Of a DNA stretch of 64,000 nucleotides, positions 42,668 to 54,500 are shown one piece after another (the stretch's first letter is position 1; each line of letters starts with the position of its first letter). Position numbers and translations under genes: made by a program. The notes under the pieces are model-generated. The model was not told where the DNA came from, made no database searches, and worked only from the letters and a program-made list of their open reading frames with translations. This DNA is from an uncultured delta proteobacterium (GTDB lineage: Bacteria; Desulfobacterota; Binatia; Bin18), in assembly GCA_963733195.1 (NCBI GenBank), contig CAVTCR010000006.1, positions 39,947 through 103,946 of the forward strand, read 5' to 3'.

Positions 42668-45600
42668 ATGGTCAGAATGGTTCTGTTGCTTGTTGTATTA
42701 CTGAGCCAGAGATTGGTAACCTTCGCCGCACCATTACCACCGCAAGATGTTCCTGAGCCACTACGTCCGTGGGTGAAATGGGCACTACACGGGTACAAAG
42801 ACAATGATTGCCCATTTTTCTACAACGGTGCCGGGCAAGCCACTTGCACCTGGCCTGCACGGTTGGAATTCAATCTGCACGCACGCGGCGGGGAGTTTGC
42901 ACAACAGTGGCAAGTTTTTACTGAAGAGTGGATCAGCCTCCCCGGTGAACGCGACCATTGGCCGCAAGAGGTCAAGCTCGATGGCAAGCCTGTGGTGGTT
43001 CGGGACGCAGGTGGCGTTCCTCAGGTCCGTGTTCAACCTGGCAGTCACACCGTGAGTGGTGCTGTTCTGTGGGATACGCTGCCGCAAGGGTTACAAATTC
43101 CTATATCCACCGGTCTTGTGGCGTTGACACTCGACAATAAAATGATCGATTTTCCACAGATCGATGACAGTGGAAAACTGTGGCTGCGCCAAGGCGCTGC
43201 AGAACAGGAGCAGGTCGCGGATCGCCTTGAATTAAAAGTCTACCGTCGCATCACTGATGGCATTCCATTGATGGTGACCACACAGATCGACCTGCAAGTG
43301 TCTGGCAAGCAGCGGGAGGTGACGCTCGGGCAAGCAATTTCAGCTGAGTACATCCCACTCTCACTCAACAGCTCACTTCCGGCGCGACTTGAGCCTGACG
43401 GACGGCTGCGTGTACAGGTGAGGGCAGGGCAGTGGACGATCACTTTGATTGCGCGTCATACCGGAGTGGCGCTGACCTCAATTCCTCTCCCAGCAGTGAC
43501 AGGGGGACAGTGGCCGGAAGAGGAAGTGTGGGTGTTTGAAGCGCAACCACACTTGCGACAGGTGACGCTTGACGAGGCGTTATCGATTGACGCCCAACAA
43601 ACCACACTGCCACCAGAGTGGCGCTCGTTTCCAGCTTACATGCTCAAAGCCGGTGGAGTCCTACAATTAACGGAGAAGAAACGCGGTGACCCTGAACCAG
43701 CACCAGACCAACTGACGCTGCAACGGCAATGGTGGCTCGATTTTGATGGGCGCGGATATACGGTCCAAGATACCATTGCTGGGACGATGACCCGTGGTTG
43801 GCGGTTGGATTTGCCTACCCCTGGCACCCTTGGCCGTGCTGCTGTCGATGGGCAAGAGCAATTCATCACCAAGAGTGATCAAAATGAACGCGCAGGTGTG
43901 GAGCTGCGGCGTGGTCAAGTTCAATTAGTCGCGGATAGCCGTTTAGAAGCGCAACGCTCACTTGTACCAGCCGTTGGCTGGGATCACGATTTTCACCAAG
44001 TCAGTGGATTATTGCATCTCCCCCCAGGCTGGCGTGTCTTGACGGCTACAGGGGTAGATTTTATGCCGGATACCTGGCTCGACCGCTGGACGCTGATGGA
44101 TTTGTTTGTTGTGTTCCTCATTGCCTTGGCGGTTGGCAAATTATGGGGATGGCCGTGGGGAATCGTTGCGCTCTCGGCGCTTGCTCTCATCACGCATGAA
44201 TCCGGTGCACCGTGGTGGATGTGGTTACATGTGTTGATCGCGACCGCCTTGCTACGCGTATTACCTGCAGGTTGGCCACGGCACGTCGCTTTTGCCTATC
44301 GTTTTGTTGCGCTTCTGATACTGATTGTCATTGCTGGCACGTTCATGATCCGTCAAGCACGATGGGGGCTCTATCCACAACTCGAAGGATTCGAACGTGG
44401 GGAGACACGAGTAGCCTCTATGGGGACGACAGCAGCTGAGTGGGAAAAGACCACAGGGTATGTTCCGGCCAACTCAGCGCTCAACGGTACAGAGCCAGAT
44501 GGCGCAGGACGAGGCGATGACGAATATCGAGGGCGCCTCGACTGGTGCAGTGATGGGTCGTGGTGATTTTCCAGTTGCTGCTACACCACCACCACCTCCT
44601 CCCCCTGAGAGGTACACTGATTCGCTTGACTATGAAAAAAGTTCTAACGTTGCTGTTAGCAAAGCCGTACAACGACCTGCTCAATACGATCCTAATGCTG
44701 CAATTCAAACCGGGCCGGGTCTGCCACGCTGGCAGTGGAACACTTTTTCCTTAAGCTGGAACGGGCCAGTAGAGCGAACCCAAGAGGTACACTTCTTTTT
44801 GTTCTCACCACGGATGAATCTGTTTTTCGCGCTACTGCGGATTCTGCTCGTCGCTGCTTTGCTCGTTTGTGTGTTTGATGTCCGCTACAGCAACGGCAAA
44901 CTGTCGCTTCCTTCCTTGCCAACAACGACGACAGCAACGATCGTCGTTATGCTCATGTTCTTAGTAATCTCGCAGGCGAGCTTTGCCCAGTCGATGTTGC
45001 CGTCACCTGAGCTGTTAAACGAACTCCGCACCAAGTTGACCTTAAAAGAGCCGCCACAGTGCGGACCGCAGTGTGCGACGAGCCCACGACTGCAAATCGA
45101 AATCGTTGGTGAGACACTGCGCCTACGGCAGGAAATTCATGCGGCGACGCACGTCGCGCTGCCGTTACCTGGTCGACAGCGACACTGGTTGCCTCGAACG
45201 GTGCTGCTCGATGGGACACCAGCTCGCGCCGTAAACCGTGATAATGGTCAACTCTGGATTGCATTACCAGAGGGACAGCATCAAGTGCTGATGGAAGGGC
45301 CGTTACCGGTGCGTGACAGCGTTGAACTCATGTTGCCGATACATCCGTACTTCGTGCAAGTGGCAGCCAGTGGATGGGAGGTAGACGGTGTTCACGAGGA
45401 TGGTGTTGCCGATGATCAGCTCCAGTTGCGGCGCGTGCGCAGTGATGCCAGTCAGGCGGCGGCAACGTTGGAGCCAGGGACCTTGCCTCCGTTCGTCCGC
45501 GTCGAACGCACGGTACAGCTTGGCCTAACATGGGGAGTACAAACGCGCGTCTTACGGGTCTCTCCTCGTGGCTCAGCTGCGGTCGTGGCAATACCGCTTC

Positions 45601-46892
45601 TGGAAGGGGAATCGGTGACCACTTCTGCTGTACGTGTGGAATCTGGCAAAGCGCTGGTGAATATGTCACCAAATGACACTGAGATGATGTGGTCATCGGT
45701 CCTTGAGCCGCGCTCCCAACTCACGCTGAAAGCCCCGGAAACTACTGCCTGGACGGAAATCTGGAAACTCGATGTGAGTCCAATTTGGCGAGTCACTCCG
45801 ACTGGTATCCCAGTGGTTCATCACCGTGACCAAGCCTCTAGCTATTGGTTACCGGAATGGCATCCGTGGCCTGGGGAAACCGTTGCTCTCCAGATTGCCA
45901 GACCAGAAGGGTTGCCTGGACAAACACTGACGGTTGACAGCAGCCTTCTTCAAGTAACACCCGGACGACGAGCTACGGATGTGTTATTGCAAATGACACT
46001 ACGCAGCAGTCGTGGTGGGCAACACAGTATTACTCTTCCAGAATCGGTTACGTTACAATCTGTGAGTATCAACGGAGCGTCTCAAGCGATTCGGCAGGAA
46101 GGGCGGACAGTGACGGTACCAATTTCACCAGGAATGCAAGAGATCAACGTGGCATGGCGACAAACAAATGGCATTACGTCTTCGTATACGACTCCGCAGG
46201 TCGATCTTGGCAGTAGCAGTGTCAATGCCTCGCTCCAGGTACACATGCCGCCAGATCGCTGGACGCTGTTTTGCCGGGGACCACAACTCGGACCGGCGGT
46301 GCTCTTTTGGTCAACAGCCTTTGTCGTCATGCTTGGGGCGGTAGCGTTGGGGCGAATCCCTATGACTCCACTGCGGACCCATCACTGGATCTTACTTGGT
46401 ATCGGTTTTAGTACCGTCTATATCAAAGTGATGCTCCTTGTCGTGGGTTGGCTGTTTGCTCTCGAATTTCGCAAGCGTCTGACTCCGGACACCCATCCAC
46501 TACTGTTCAATGTGATCCAACTCGTGCTCATTGCCTTGACTGTATTTGCCCTTGGCGCATTCGTGTTTGTCGTTCAGCAAGGGCTGATGGGGGCGCCTGA
46601 GATGCGTATCTTTGGCAATGGCTCTAGCAATCTTTTCCTGCACTGGTATCAAGACCGAACTGATCCTATTGTTCCACAAGGTTGGATCTTTTCTTTACCA
46701 TTGTGGACGTATCGTCTGGCGATGTTGGCGTGGGCTCTATGGCTAGCGTCTGCCCTCATCGGTTGGTTACGTTGGGGGTGGGAGTGTTTTAGTACGAGTG
46801 GCCTCTGGCGCAAACGCGAGCGAGTTGTTCCCCCAGCTAGGGAGGGAAAGCTAGTACCGCCCGCATCGACCGAACAGCCGAGTGAGGGGTAG
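42668..46892 (+). CDS. Very large multi-domain membrane hypothetical protein (one frameshift near 44460)
   Basis: Signal peptide, VPEPLRPWVKW; two similar beta-rich plus TM halves in ORFs 42668-44566 and 44460-46892. Confidence 0.75.
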
Positions 46893-46910
46893 GCGAGGAA
46901 AGGGAAAGGA

Positions 46911-49900
46911 ATGCGAAAGAGGTATGGATCCCAGGGGCAACGGGGCTCCTCGTGGCAAGTTATTCAAGTTGTTATTGATCGATGGTTTGGTGACCTTTTT
47001 TTGCTGGGCTTTGTGTGTGGGAGTATTCTGCTGGGTTGGTATCCGTTCGTTGGGGCACAATCCGTATCTGGACAGAAGAGCAGCCCGGTAACCGACGAGG
47101 ACCCCTTTCGTTTACCTGCGCTCGAACGAGAGGTGGATCCACTCGGCGATGTACAGGACGATCAGCCTCAAACCCCACCGATACGAGAACAAGATTTACC
47201 CGAGGAAGGACCTGCAGCTCCAATACCAAGCGTAGAGAGCAGTCCCTCTCTCCCGCCTAGTCAGAAACAAGCTCCTCCGTCTGAAGCGAGAGACGAGCAA
47301 GTGCCAGTCTCAACGGAAGAAGAACCGCCTGCTGAAGAGACAGAGAAATCTCCTTCGCAGCAAGAACCCCGGCCAGTTGTCAGCGAAGAGCAACCGTCAG
47401 CAGAACCACCAGCGGCTGAAGCGGGGCAAGAAAGAGCGACACCACCGCCAACACGTGAAATGCCTCCAGGCCATCCGCCTGTAGGACCCGTCCATTCAGG
47501 AAACGCTCCTGAAGATGCCACAGCAGCGGCAGAAGAAGCGAAGCTCCTCAGCAATATTCGCCAAGTCACGTTTGTCGGACAGCGTGCTGGCGAGAGCTAT
47601 TTCAGTCAGGATGGTTCACTCTTAGTTTTCCAGAGTGAGCGAGAACCAGGCAACCCGTTCTACCAGATTTATCTTCTCGATTTACAATCAGGTAACTTAC
47701 GCCGTGTCTCACCCGGAGTGGGAAAAACGACCTGTCCGTGGATTCACCCCAATAAGAAAAAAGTGCTTTTTGCCTCCACTCACCTCGACTCGCGTGCAGC
47801 AGAGAAACAAAAAGCCGAACTAGCCCAACGAGCCTCCGGCCAGGAGCGTCGCTACTCTTGGGATTTCGATGAACAGTACGACCTTTTTGAGACAGACCTA
47901 GCGAGTGGCAGATCGACAAATCTTAGTAAGGCTCGCGGCTACGATGCTGAGGCGTCGTGGTCGCCAGATGGATCACTGGTTGCGTTTGCTTCTAATCGTC
48001 ATGCGTATACTGCGCAACTTCCGGCTGAAGAGCAGGAGGCGTTTACTCGCGATCCATCCTCGCAGATGGATATCTATCTTATGAAATCCGATGGGACACA
48101 GGTACGACGGCTGACGACGAGTCCAGGATACGATGGTGGGCCGTTCTTCAGCGCTGACGGGCGGAAGATTTGCTGGCGACGCTTCTCTGTTGATGGTGCG
48201 ACAGCTGAGATTTTTACCATGAATGTCGACGGTTCAGAGCAGACGCAGATTACCCAACTCGGCGCGATGTCGTGGGGACCGTATTTTCACCCGTCTGGTG
48301 AGTATCTTATTTTTGCTACTAACCGAGAAGGGATGAAGAACTTCGAGTTATACCTCGTTGATGCTGCTGGTACTTCGACCCCTATTCGTGTGACCTTCAA
48401 AGATGGTTTCGACGGGCTACCGGCTTTCTCTCCTGATGGCAAGCGACTCGCGTGGAGTAGTGGTCGCGGTCCACAAAAACGCCCGCAAATTTTTTTTGCT
48501 GAGTGGAACGATGGAGAAGCTCGCCGGAAGCTTGGACTTGCGCCCGTGGTCTCCTCGGCTGCTACAGAGGAGACCACAGTACCCTCTACGGAGATCGGCA
48601 AGGCTCTTTTCCCGATTAACGCGCGGGGTCTTCGTATTCATCTCGATACGCTCGCGTCTGAGAGGATGGAAGGACGATTGACCGGTACCGATGGCGAACG
48701 GCGCGCGACCGAGTACGTAGCGTCGATATTTCAGTGGTTAGGATTAACGCCGGCAGGAGATAGCGGTACCTATTTTCAGAACTTTCAATTCACTGGTGGT
48801 GTCTCGCTTGGTAGTGACAACCAACTTCAGATGCGTTCGGAGGTTGGCGAGCAGGTGTGGTCAGTGAATACAGACTGGCGGCCGCTATCTTCGTCCAAAA
48901 TTGGCACTTTCGAGCAGGCAGAGGTGGTGTTCGCTGGTTATGGCATTGTTGCCCCCGCAGCAGATGGTAACGATGCCTACGACTCTTATGCTCATCTGGA
49001 TGTGGCGGATAAATGGGTCATGGTTTTTCGTTATGTCCCTGAGGGTATTACTCCACAGATGCGTCAGCATCTCAATCGCTATGCGAGTCTACGATACAAG
49101 ACGATGGTCGCACGCGACAAAGGCGCACGAGGTGTTCTCTTTGTGAGCGGGCCGCAATCGCAGGTAAAAGAACAGTTAATCCCACTGTCGTTCGATGCCT
49201 CGATGTCTGCGAGTAGTATTGCTGCTATTTCAGTAAGTGATGCGGTAGCTGAACGGTTGTTCCAATCCAGCGGTAAGACCTTAGCCGATCTACAAGCGAC
49301 TCTCGATTCTGGGGCGCTTTCTCCAGGCTTTACCATTGACGGGATTCGTATTGAAGCGTCGATTGATATTGTTCAGGAAAAGCGAACAGGTCGTAACGTG
49401 CTAGCACGACTCACGGCTGGTCAGAGTCCAGGGAACACTGCCATCGTTGTTGGTGCCCATGTTGACCATCTCGGGCGTGGTGAAGGAACCAGCTCGCTCT
49501 CACGCGAAGGGGAGAAAGGGCAGATTCACTATGGAGCAGATGACAACGCTTCTGGTGTTGCTGGTCTGCTTGAGATTGCCCAAGCTTTAACTGAGGCCAA
49601 GGGTAAGGGAGAGCTGCGATTACAACGTGACGTGATATTTGCCGCCTGGTCTGGAGAGGAATTGGGATTATTAGGGTCGAATCATTTCGTGCGTACTGTG
49701 CAGGGTAGTGGAACTGAAGCAACTACGCTTACTCCTGGGATCACTGCCTATCTCAATATGGACATGATTGGACGGATGAAGGACGCAGTGGTCTTGCAGG
49801 GGGTCGGATCGAGCTCGGTCTGGATACGAGAGATTGAGCGACTCGCGGCACCGCTCGGTCTAGCTGTGACGTTGCAACAGGATAGTTATCTGCCGACCGA

Positions 49901-50393
49901 TGCGACCTCTTTCTATCTCAAAGGAGTACCGATTCTTAGCGCCTTCACTGGCGCACATGCCGAGTATCACACTCCTCGTGATACGACAGAGAAGATAAAT
50001 GGCGAAGGCGCGACGAAAATCGCCCGTTTCATGGCGGCAGTTACTCAGTCCCTAGCAACTCGGACGGATCCACCGGACTACATCGCGGCCACCAAACCCC
50101 CGACGACAGTGGGACGAGTTGCGATTCGCGCCTATCTTGGAACTATTCCTGACTACACTCCTGGTGATACCGTTGGAGTAAAGATTGCTGGTGTAGTGAA
50201 GGGTGGACCCGCTGACCAGGCTGGTCTCCTCGGTGGCGACACCATCATCGAGATCGCGGGAAGAAAGATCGAGAACATTTACGACTACACGTACGCCCTT
50301 GACGGCCTCAAGGTCGGGATTCCGGTTGAGATGCGCGTTGTACGGCAGGGACAACCAACGATTCTCAAGGTGACTCCAGGGTCGCGGGAATAA
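46911..50393 (+). CDS. M28 peptidase with PD40/TolB repeats, PA and PDZ domains
   Basis: GYDAE.SWSPDG repeats, GAHVDHLG, GADDNASG, SGEELGLLGS, C-terminal LGTIPDY..GGPA. Confidence 0.92.
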   Translation: MRKRYGSQGQRGSSWQVIQVVIDRWFGDLFLLGFVCGSILLGWYPFVGAQSVSGQKSSPVTDEDPFRLPALEREVDPLGDVQDDQPQTPPIREQDLPEEGPAAPIPSVESSPSLPPSQKQAPPSEARDEQVPVSTEEEPPAEETEKSPSQQEPRPVVSEEQPSAEPPAAEAGQERATPPPTREMPPGHPPVGPVHSGNAPEDATAAAEEAKLLSNIRQVTFVGQRAGESYFSQDGSLLVFQSEREPGNPFYQIYLLDLQSGNLRRVSPGVGKTTCPWIHPNKKKVLFASTHLDSRAAEKQKAELAQRASGQERRYSWDFDEQYDLFETDLASGRSTNLSKARGYDAEASWSPDGSLVAFASNRHAYTAQLPAEEQEAFTRDPSSQMDIYLMKSDGTQVRRLTTSPGYDGGPFFSADGRKICWRRFSVDGATAEIFTMNVDGSEQTQITQLGAMSWGPYFHPSGEYLIFATNREGMKNFELYLVDAAGTSTPIRVTFKDGFDGLPAFSPDGKRLAWSSGRGPQKRPQIFFAEWNDGEARRKLGLAPVVSSAATEETTVPSTEIGKALFPINARGLRIHLDTLASERMEGRLTGTDGERRATEYVASIFQWLGLTPAGDSGTYFQNFQFTGGVSLGSDNQLQMRSEVGEQVWSVNTDWRPLSSSKIGTFEQAEVVFAGYGIVAPAADGNDAYDSYAHLDVADKWVMVFRYVPEGITPQMRQHLNRYASLRYKTMVARDKGARGVLFVSGPQSQVKEQLIPLSFDASMSASSIAAISVSDAVAERLFQSSGKTLADLQATLDSGALSPGFTIDGIRIEASIDIVQEKRTGRNVLARLTAGQSPGNTAIVVGAHVDHLGRGEGTSSLSREGEKGQIHYGADDNASGVAGLLEIAQALTEAKGKGELRLQRDVIFAAWSGEELGLLGSNHFVRTVQGSGTEATTLTPGITAYLNMDMIGRMKDAVVLQGVGSSSVWIREIERLAAPLGLAVTLQQDSYLPTDATSFYLKGVPILSAFTGAHAEYHTPRDTTEKINGEGATKIARFMAAVTQSLATRTDPPDYIAATKPPTTVGRVAIRAYLGTIPDYTPGDTVGVKIAGVVKGGPADQAGLLGGDTIIEIAGRKIENIYDYTYALDGLKVGIPVEMRVVRQGQPTILKVTPGSRE

Positions 50394-50444
50394 CGCATGA
50401 GGGTGGTCCCGATGGCAGATGAGGAATGCTAAAAGAACCGTTGT

Positions 50445-51854
50445 ATGAAAACGGAAAGGTTTCGCTATCGCACGCGAATCAATGCTCCAGCAGAAGAAGT
50501 TTTTCGTTGGCATACACGTCCCGGAGCGTTGGAGCGTCTGACGCCGCCATGGGAACCAGTAGAAGTGATCGAACGGACGGGTGGGATTAATAACGGCGAC
50601 CGCGTGGTGCTCCGTATTCGTCTTGGCCCGTTTTCGCAGCGATGGGTGGCTGAACATTGTGATTATGTTGAAGGCCGACAGTTCCGTGATATCCAACGTG
50701 AAGGGCCGTTTGCACGTTGGGAGCACACGCATCGCTTTGAGCCCAATGGTCCGACTGCATGTTATCTTGAGGACCGCATTGAGTATGCGTTGCCATTCGG
50801 TGCGCTCGGCCAGTGGGGTGGACGAACATTTGTTCAACGTAAGCTCGAGCGCATGTTTCACTATCGTCACCAGGTGACGGCTGCCGATGTAACCGCTCAT
50901 ACAAGATACGCACAGAAGCCGCTCAAGATCTTATTGTCCGGGGCAAGTGGATTAGTGGGCTCGGCGCTTGTTCCATTCCTCTTAGCTGGGGGGCACCAGG
51001 TGATTCGCTTGGTGCGAGGAGAACCACGTCCAGGTATGCCAGAGGTGCACTGGGACCCAGTGCGCGGCGTTCCAGACCTCTCACGTCTGGAGGGGATGGA
51101 TGCCGTGATCCACCTCGCTGGCGAGAATATTGCCGCCGGACGATGGACAGCGGAGCGCAAGGCCCGTATCAGGGACAGCCGGGTGCGAGGAACGAAAACA
51201 CTGAGTGAAGCACTTGCGCAACTCGTTCTTCCACCGAAAGTATTCATCAGTGCTTCAGCGATTGGGTATTACGGTGACCGGGGTGGTGAAGTCTTGCATG
51301 AGGACAGTCCGCCAGGAGAGAATTTTCTCGCTGAGGTCTGCAAAGCTTGGGAAGCTGCTACGGAGAGCGCAGAGAAGAAAGGTATTCGTATTGTCCATCT
51401 ACGCATCGGGCTAGTCCTGAGTGGCACAGGCGGTGCGTTGGCAAAGATGCTCATTCCGTTCAAGCTCGGAGTGGGTGGCACTATTGGTTCTGGACAGCAG
51501 TATGTCAGCTGGATCTCGATCGATGATTTAGTAGGTATTATTCACCACGCGTTGATGACTGAGACCTTGAGTGGTGCGGTGAATGCCGTCACTCCCAATC
51601 CGATCACGAATAGTGAAATGACAAAAACGATGGGCCTCGTACTCCATCGTCCAACATTATTTCCAGTTCCGGCCTTTGCCTTGCGACTTGCACTCGGACG
51701 GGAAATGGCGAACGATCTGCTGCTGTCGAGTACGCGGGTCGAACCACGTCAGCTCTTAGCTACCCAGTATCCGTTTCGCCATCCGTCTCTGGAGGAGGCC
51801 TTGCGGCAGGTGTTGGGCAGGCCGAAGGCTACAGGAGGAAGAGATAAAGAGTGA
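50445..51854 (+). CDS. SRPBCC-fused TIGR01777-family NAD-dependent epimerase
   Basis: WH.RPGALERLTPPW; GASGLVG; SASAIGYYG. Confidence 0.9.
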   Translation: MKTERFRYRTRINAPAEEVFRWHTRPGALERLTPPWEPVEVIERTGGINNGDRVVLRIRLGPFSQRWVAEHCDYVEGRQFRDIQREGPFARWEHTHRFEPNGPTACYLEDRIEYALPFGALGQWGGRTFVQRKLERMFHYRHQVTAADVTAHTRYAQKPLKILLSGASGLVGSALVPFLLAGGHQVIRLVRGEPRPGMPEVHWDPVRGVPDLSRLEGMDAVIHLAGENIAAGRWTAERKARIRDSRVRGTKTLSEALAQLVLPPKVFISASAIGYYGDRGGEVLHEDSPPGENFLAEVCKAWEAATESAEKKGIRIVHLRIGLVLSGTGGALAKMLIPFKLGVGGTIGSGQQYVSWISIDDLVGIIHHALMTETLSGAVNAVTPNPITNSEMTKTMGLVLHRPTLFPVPAFALRLALGREMANDLLLSSTRVEPRQLLATQYPFRHPSLEEALRQVLGRPKATGGRDKE

Positions 51855-52002
51855 TGAGTGATGAATGAAAAATGATGAATGGGGAGTAAAGAGTGGAAAG
51901 TAGGAAGAGGGAAGAAAAGGAGCAAGACTGTCACACCTTCTCGCCTCTCAACGAGGTTTGGGTCAGGCTCTGGCAGGAATCCAGATTGACTGAGAGATAT
52001 GT

Positions 52003-52512
52003 ATGAAACGGCTCGTGAATGTCTTCTTCTTTTTTCTAGAAAATCTCGGTGCCGGAGTGTGGGTTGGTGCGCTTGCGACGTTCGGATTTGCGGTGGCGGC
52101 TCCAGTCTTTCGCGGGTTACCAAGCGTCACCTTGGCCGGGAGTCTCACTGCTCAAGTTCTCCAGCGCATCAACGTCCTAGAGACGATTACGGCGAGCCTT
52201 ATGGCTGTCGCTGCGTTGGTCTTTCTTGCACAACGTGAACAGCGGACGTTGGTGCGTATGCTTAAGACCGTCGTGATGGCGCTGATGGTAATCCTTTTTG
52301 CCTACTACGGAACAACGCTGATGAATCGCATGGAGCATCTACGGACAGTAGAGATCCAGAATTTTGACAAATTTGAAGAATCAACCCGTGCCGCGCGTGA
52401 TGAGTTTGACCGCTTACACAAGTTGTATACAAAACTCGCAAGCGCTAATGTATGGCTCGGACTTGGCTTTCTCTTCCTTTCGGGATTCGAGCGGCGAGAG
52501 CCTGAGAAGTAA
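52003..52512 (+). CDS. DUF4149-like membrane protein
   Basis: WVG...FG..VAAP.F, FDRLHK motif, four TM segments. Confidence 0.75.
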   Translation: MKRLVNVFFFFLENLGAGVWVGALATFGFAVAAPVFRGLPSVTLAGSLTAQVLQRINVLETITASLMAVAALVFLAQREQRTLVRMLKTVVMALMVILFAYYGTTLMNRMEHLRTVEIQNFDKFEESTRAARDEFDRLHKLYTKLASANVWLGLGFLFLSGFERREPEK

Positions 52513-52529
52513 GAGACAGTTTCATTTCA

Positions 52530-53120
52530 TCATAGAGAGCTAGCGCTATTCAGTACGGCTCTCAGCATTGCCTGTCGTGAATCTCTTGCGAATTGTTTCT
52601 GTAAACGTCTCACATACAGATAACCGAGCCAAGTCAGCGGGTGATTAGGTCGGGAGAAAGCGAGGATATCGTACGAGACGGAGTCATTACTGTGGTTCCA
52701 CTCCACGGTGAAGCGCTCTTCTCCACATTCGACATGATCTGGTAACGTGCCGTAGGCAAACCCGAAGGTTTCTATTGGTCCCGAGTCGTCGATCACATAG
52801 ACAATGCGGCAGGCATTTAAGACCCAGAACCCGAACACACGGGCAAGCACCGCCACGGTAGTCTCAGGTGTGATCGGTGCTGTTGGCCAACAGAGCTGAA
52901 TCCATCCTAGGTTGAACATTTCCCACCGATGAATTGCCATTTTTGCCTTTTCAAATACATCTCTTCCAGTGCCAAGGTGGATACGACTGTGATCGATGTC
53001 GTAACCAAGCGGTGGGGTATCCCTGGTTGCACCGATCTCAGTGTAGGAATGAGATAAGTGGTGCTGATGGGCAATGAAGCGACGGAGGTCATCATCAGTC
53101 GGTTGATAAAGTAAGAACAT
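52530..53120 (-). CDS. DUF1990-family protein
   Basis: SY.EIGAT, NACRIVYV, GFAYGTLPDH.ECGEERF. Confidence 0.88.
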   Translation of the reverse strand: MFLLYQPTDDDLRRFIAHQHHLSHSYTEIGATRDTPPLGYDIDHSRIHLGTGRDVFEKAKMAIHRWEMFNLGWIQLCWPTAPITPETTVAVLARVFGFWVLNACRIVYVIDDSGPIETFGFAYGTLPDHVECGEERFTVEWNHSNDSVSYDILAFSRPNHPLTWLGYLYVRRLQKQFARDSRQAMLRAVLNSASSL

Positions 53121-53249
53121 CCTTACTAGCGTAGGATTTCTCCATATCGGTCGTCAACGATGTGTGGACGCCTCAGGTGTAGAAGGGCCAAAAGATAAGG
53201 TATATTGTCAGTGATATTCTGAAATTTTGAACCGAGAACACGAGCACTG

Positions 53250-54404
53250 ATGAAAAAAATCCACAAACATAAGAAACGAAAGCGGCGTGACTCCTATGTC
53301 CAGATTCCTCCTGGAACGCCACCGGGGACGGTAATTGTCGATCCTGAGGCGGCACAGCCGACTATCAGTGTGTTAGCCTATGGATCGGACGACGTACTGG
53401 AAGAAAAAGTCAGCGACCCGTATCGGGTCCGAGATTTTTTGGATAAACAGCCAGTGACATGGGTTGATGTTGAAGGTCTTGGAGATGCCAGTACGATCCA
53501 CACGTTGGGAGAAATGTTTGGCGTACACCGACTGGCCCTTGAGGATATTGTCACCATGCACCAACGCCCGAAGGTGGAACAGTATGGGGAGCAACTCTTT
53601 ATTGTCGCGCGTGCTGTCTACCTTGGAGAACAACTTGATACTGAGCAAATCAATCTATTCGTCGGGAAAAACTTCGTCTTGACGTTTCAGGAAGGAAGGC
53701 CGGGCGATTGTTTGGAAGCGATCCGTGAACGGATTCGTAAACGAGGAGGGAGGATCCGTGACGCGGGTCATGATTATCTCGCGTATGCGCTGCTTGATGC
53801 CATTGTCGATAGTTATTTCCCGATTCTCGAAGAATATGGCGAACAGCTGGAAACGCTTGAAGATGAGATTCTGTCGCATCCCCAGGTAGACACAGTCGCG
53901 CGGGTTCATAGCATCAAACGTGACCTGTTAACATTGCGCCGGGCGATGTGGCCACAGCGAGAAACGTTCAATGCCCTGTTACGCGATGAAGTTTCGGTGA
54001 TGACGACAGAGACCCGACTGTATATGCGCGATTGTTATGATCACTCTGTACAAATTCTTGACTTACTCGAAACCTATCGCGAATTGGGGTCTGACTTGAT
54101 TGATATATATCTGTCGATGGTCAGTAACCGTACCAACGAAATCATGCGGGTTCTGACTGTTATCTCAGTCATCTTTATTCCGTTGACATTTATTGCTGGA
54201 GTCTACGGAATGAATTTTGATACGGAAAAGTCACCCTGGAATATGCCTGAACTGAAATGGGTTTGGGGGTATCCGTTCGCCTTGCTGTTGATGCTTCTGG
54301 TTACCCTTGGACAATTGATGTTCTTTCGCCGTAGAGGGTGGCTCGGATCGCCGCACTTACTGGGACGGAAGGAACGACAAACAGAAGGTGAGGGTAGCAA
54401 GTGA
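53250..54404 (+). CDS. corA: Magnesium/cobalt transporter CorA
   Basis: HRLALEDI..QRPKVE, YGMNF, MPEL.W..GYP. Confidence 0.93.
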   Translation: MKKIHKHKKRKRRDSYVQIPPGTPPGTVIVDPEAAQPTISVLAYGSDDVLEEKVSDPYRVRDFLDKQPVTWVDVEGLGDASTIHTLGEMFGVHRLALEDIVTMHQRPKVEQYGEQLFIVARAVYLGEQLDTEQINLFVGKNFVLTFQEGRPGDCLEAIRERIRKRGGRIRDAGHDYLAYALLDAIVDSYFPILEEYGEQLETLEDEILSHPQVDTVARVHSIKRDLLTLRRAMWPQRETFNALLRDEVSVMTTETRLYMRDCYDHSVQILDLLETYRELGSDLIDIYLSMVSNRTNEIMRVLTVISVIFIPLTFIAGVYGMNFDTEKSPWNMPELKWVWGYPFALLLMLLVTLGQLMFFRRRGWLGSPHLLGRKERQTEGEGSK

Positions 54405-54500
54405 AGGGATGGAGCTATAGGCCAGGGGCCCGAAGCCCCTGGTTGCAGAAAGATATGATGGCCGCTATTTCCCCATGGTAAGCTTTATCCATTGCCTTGT

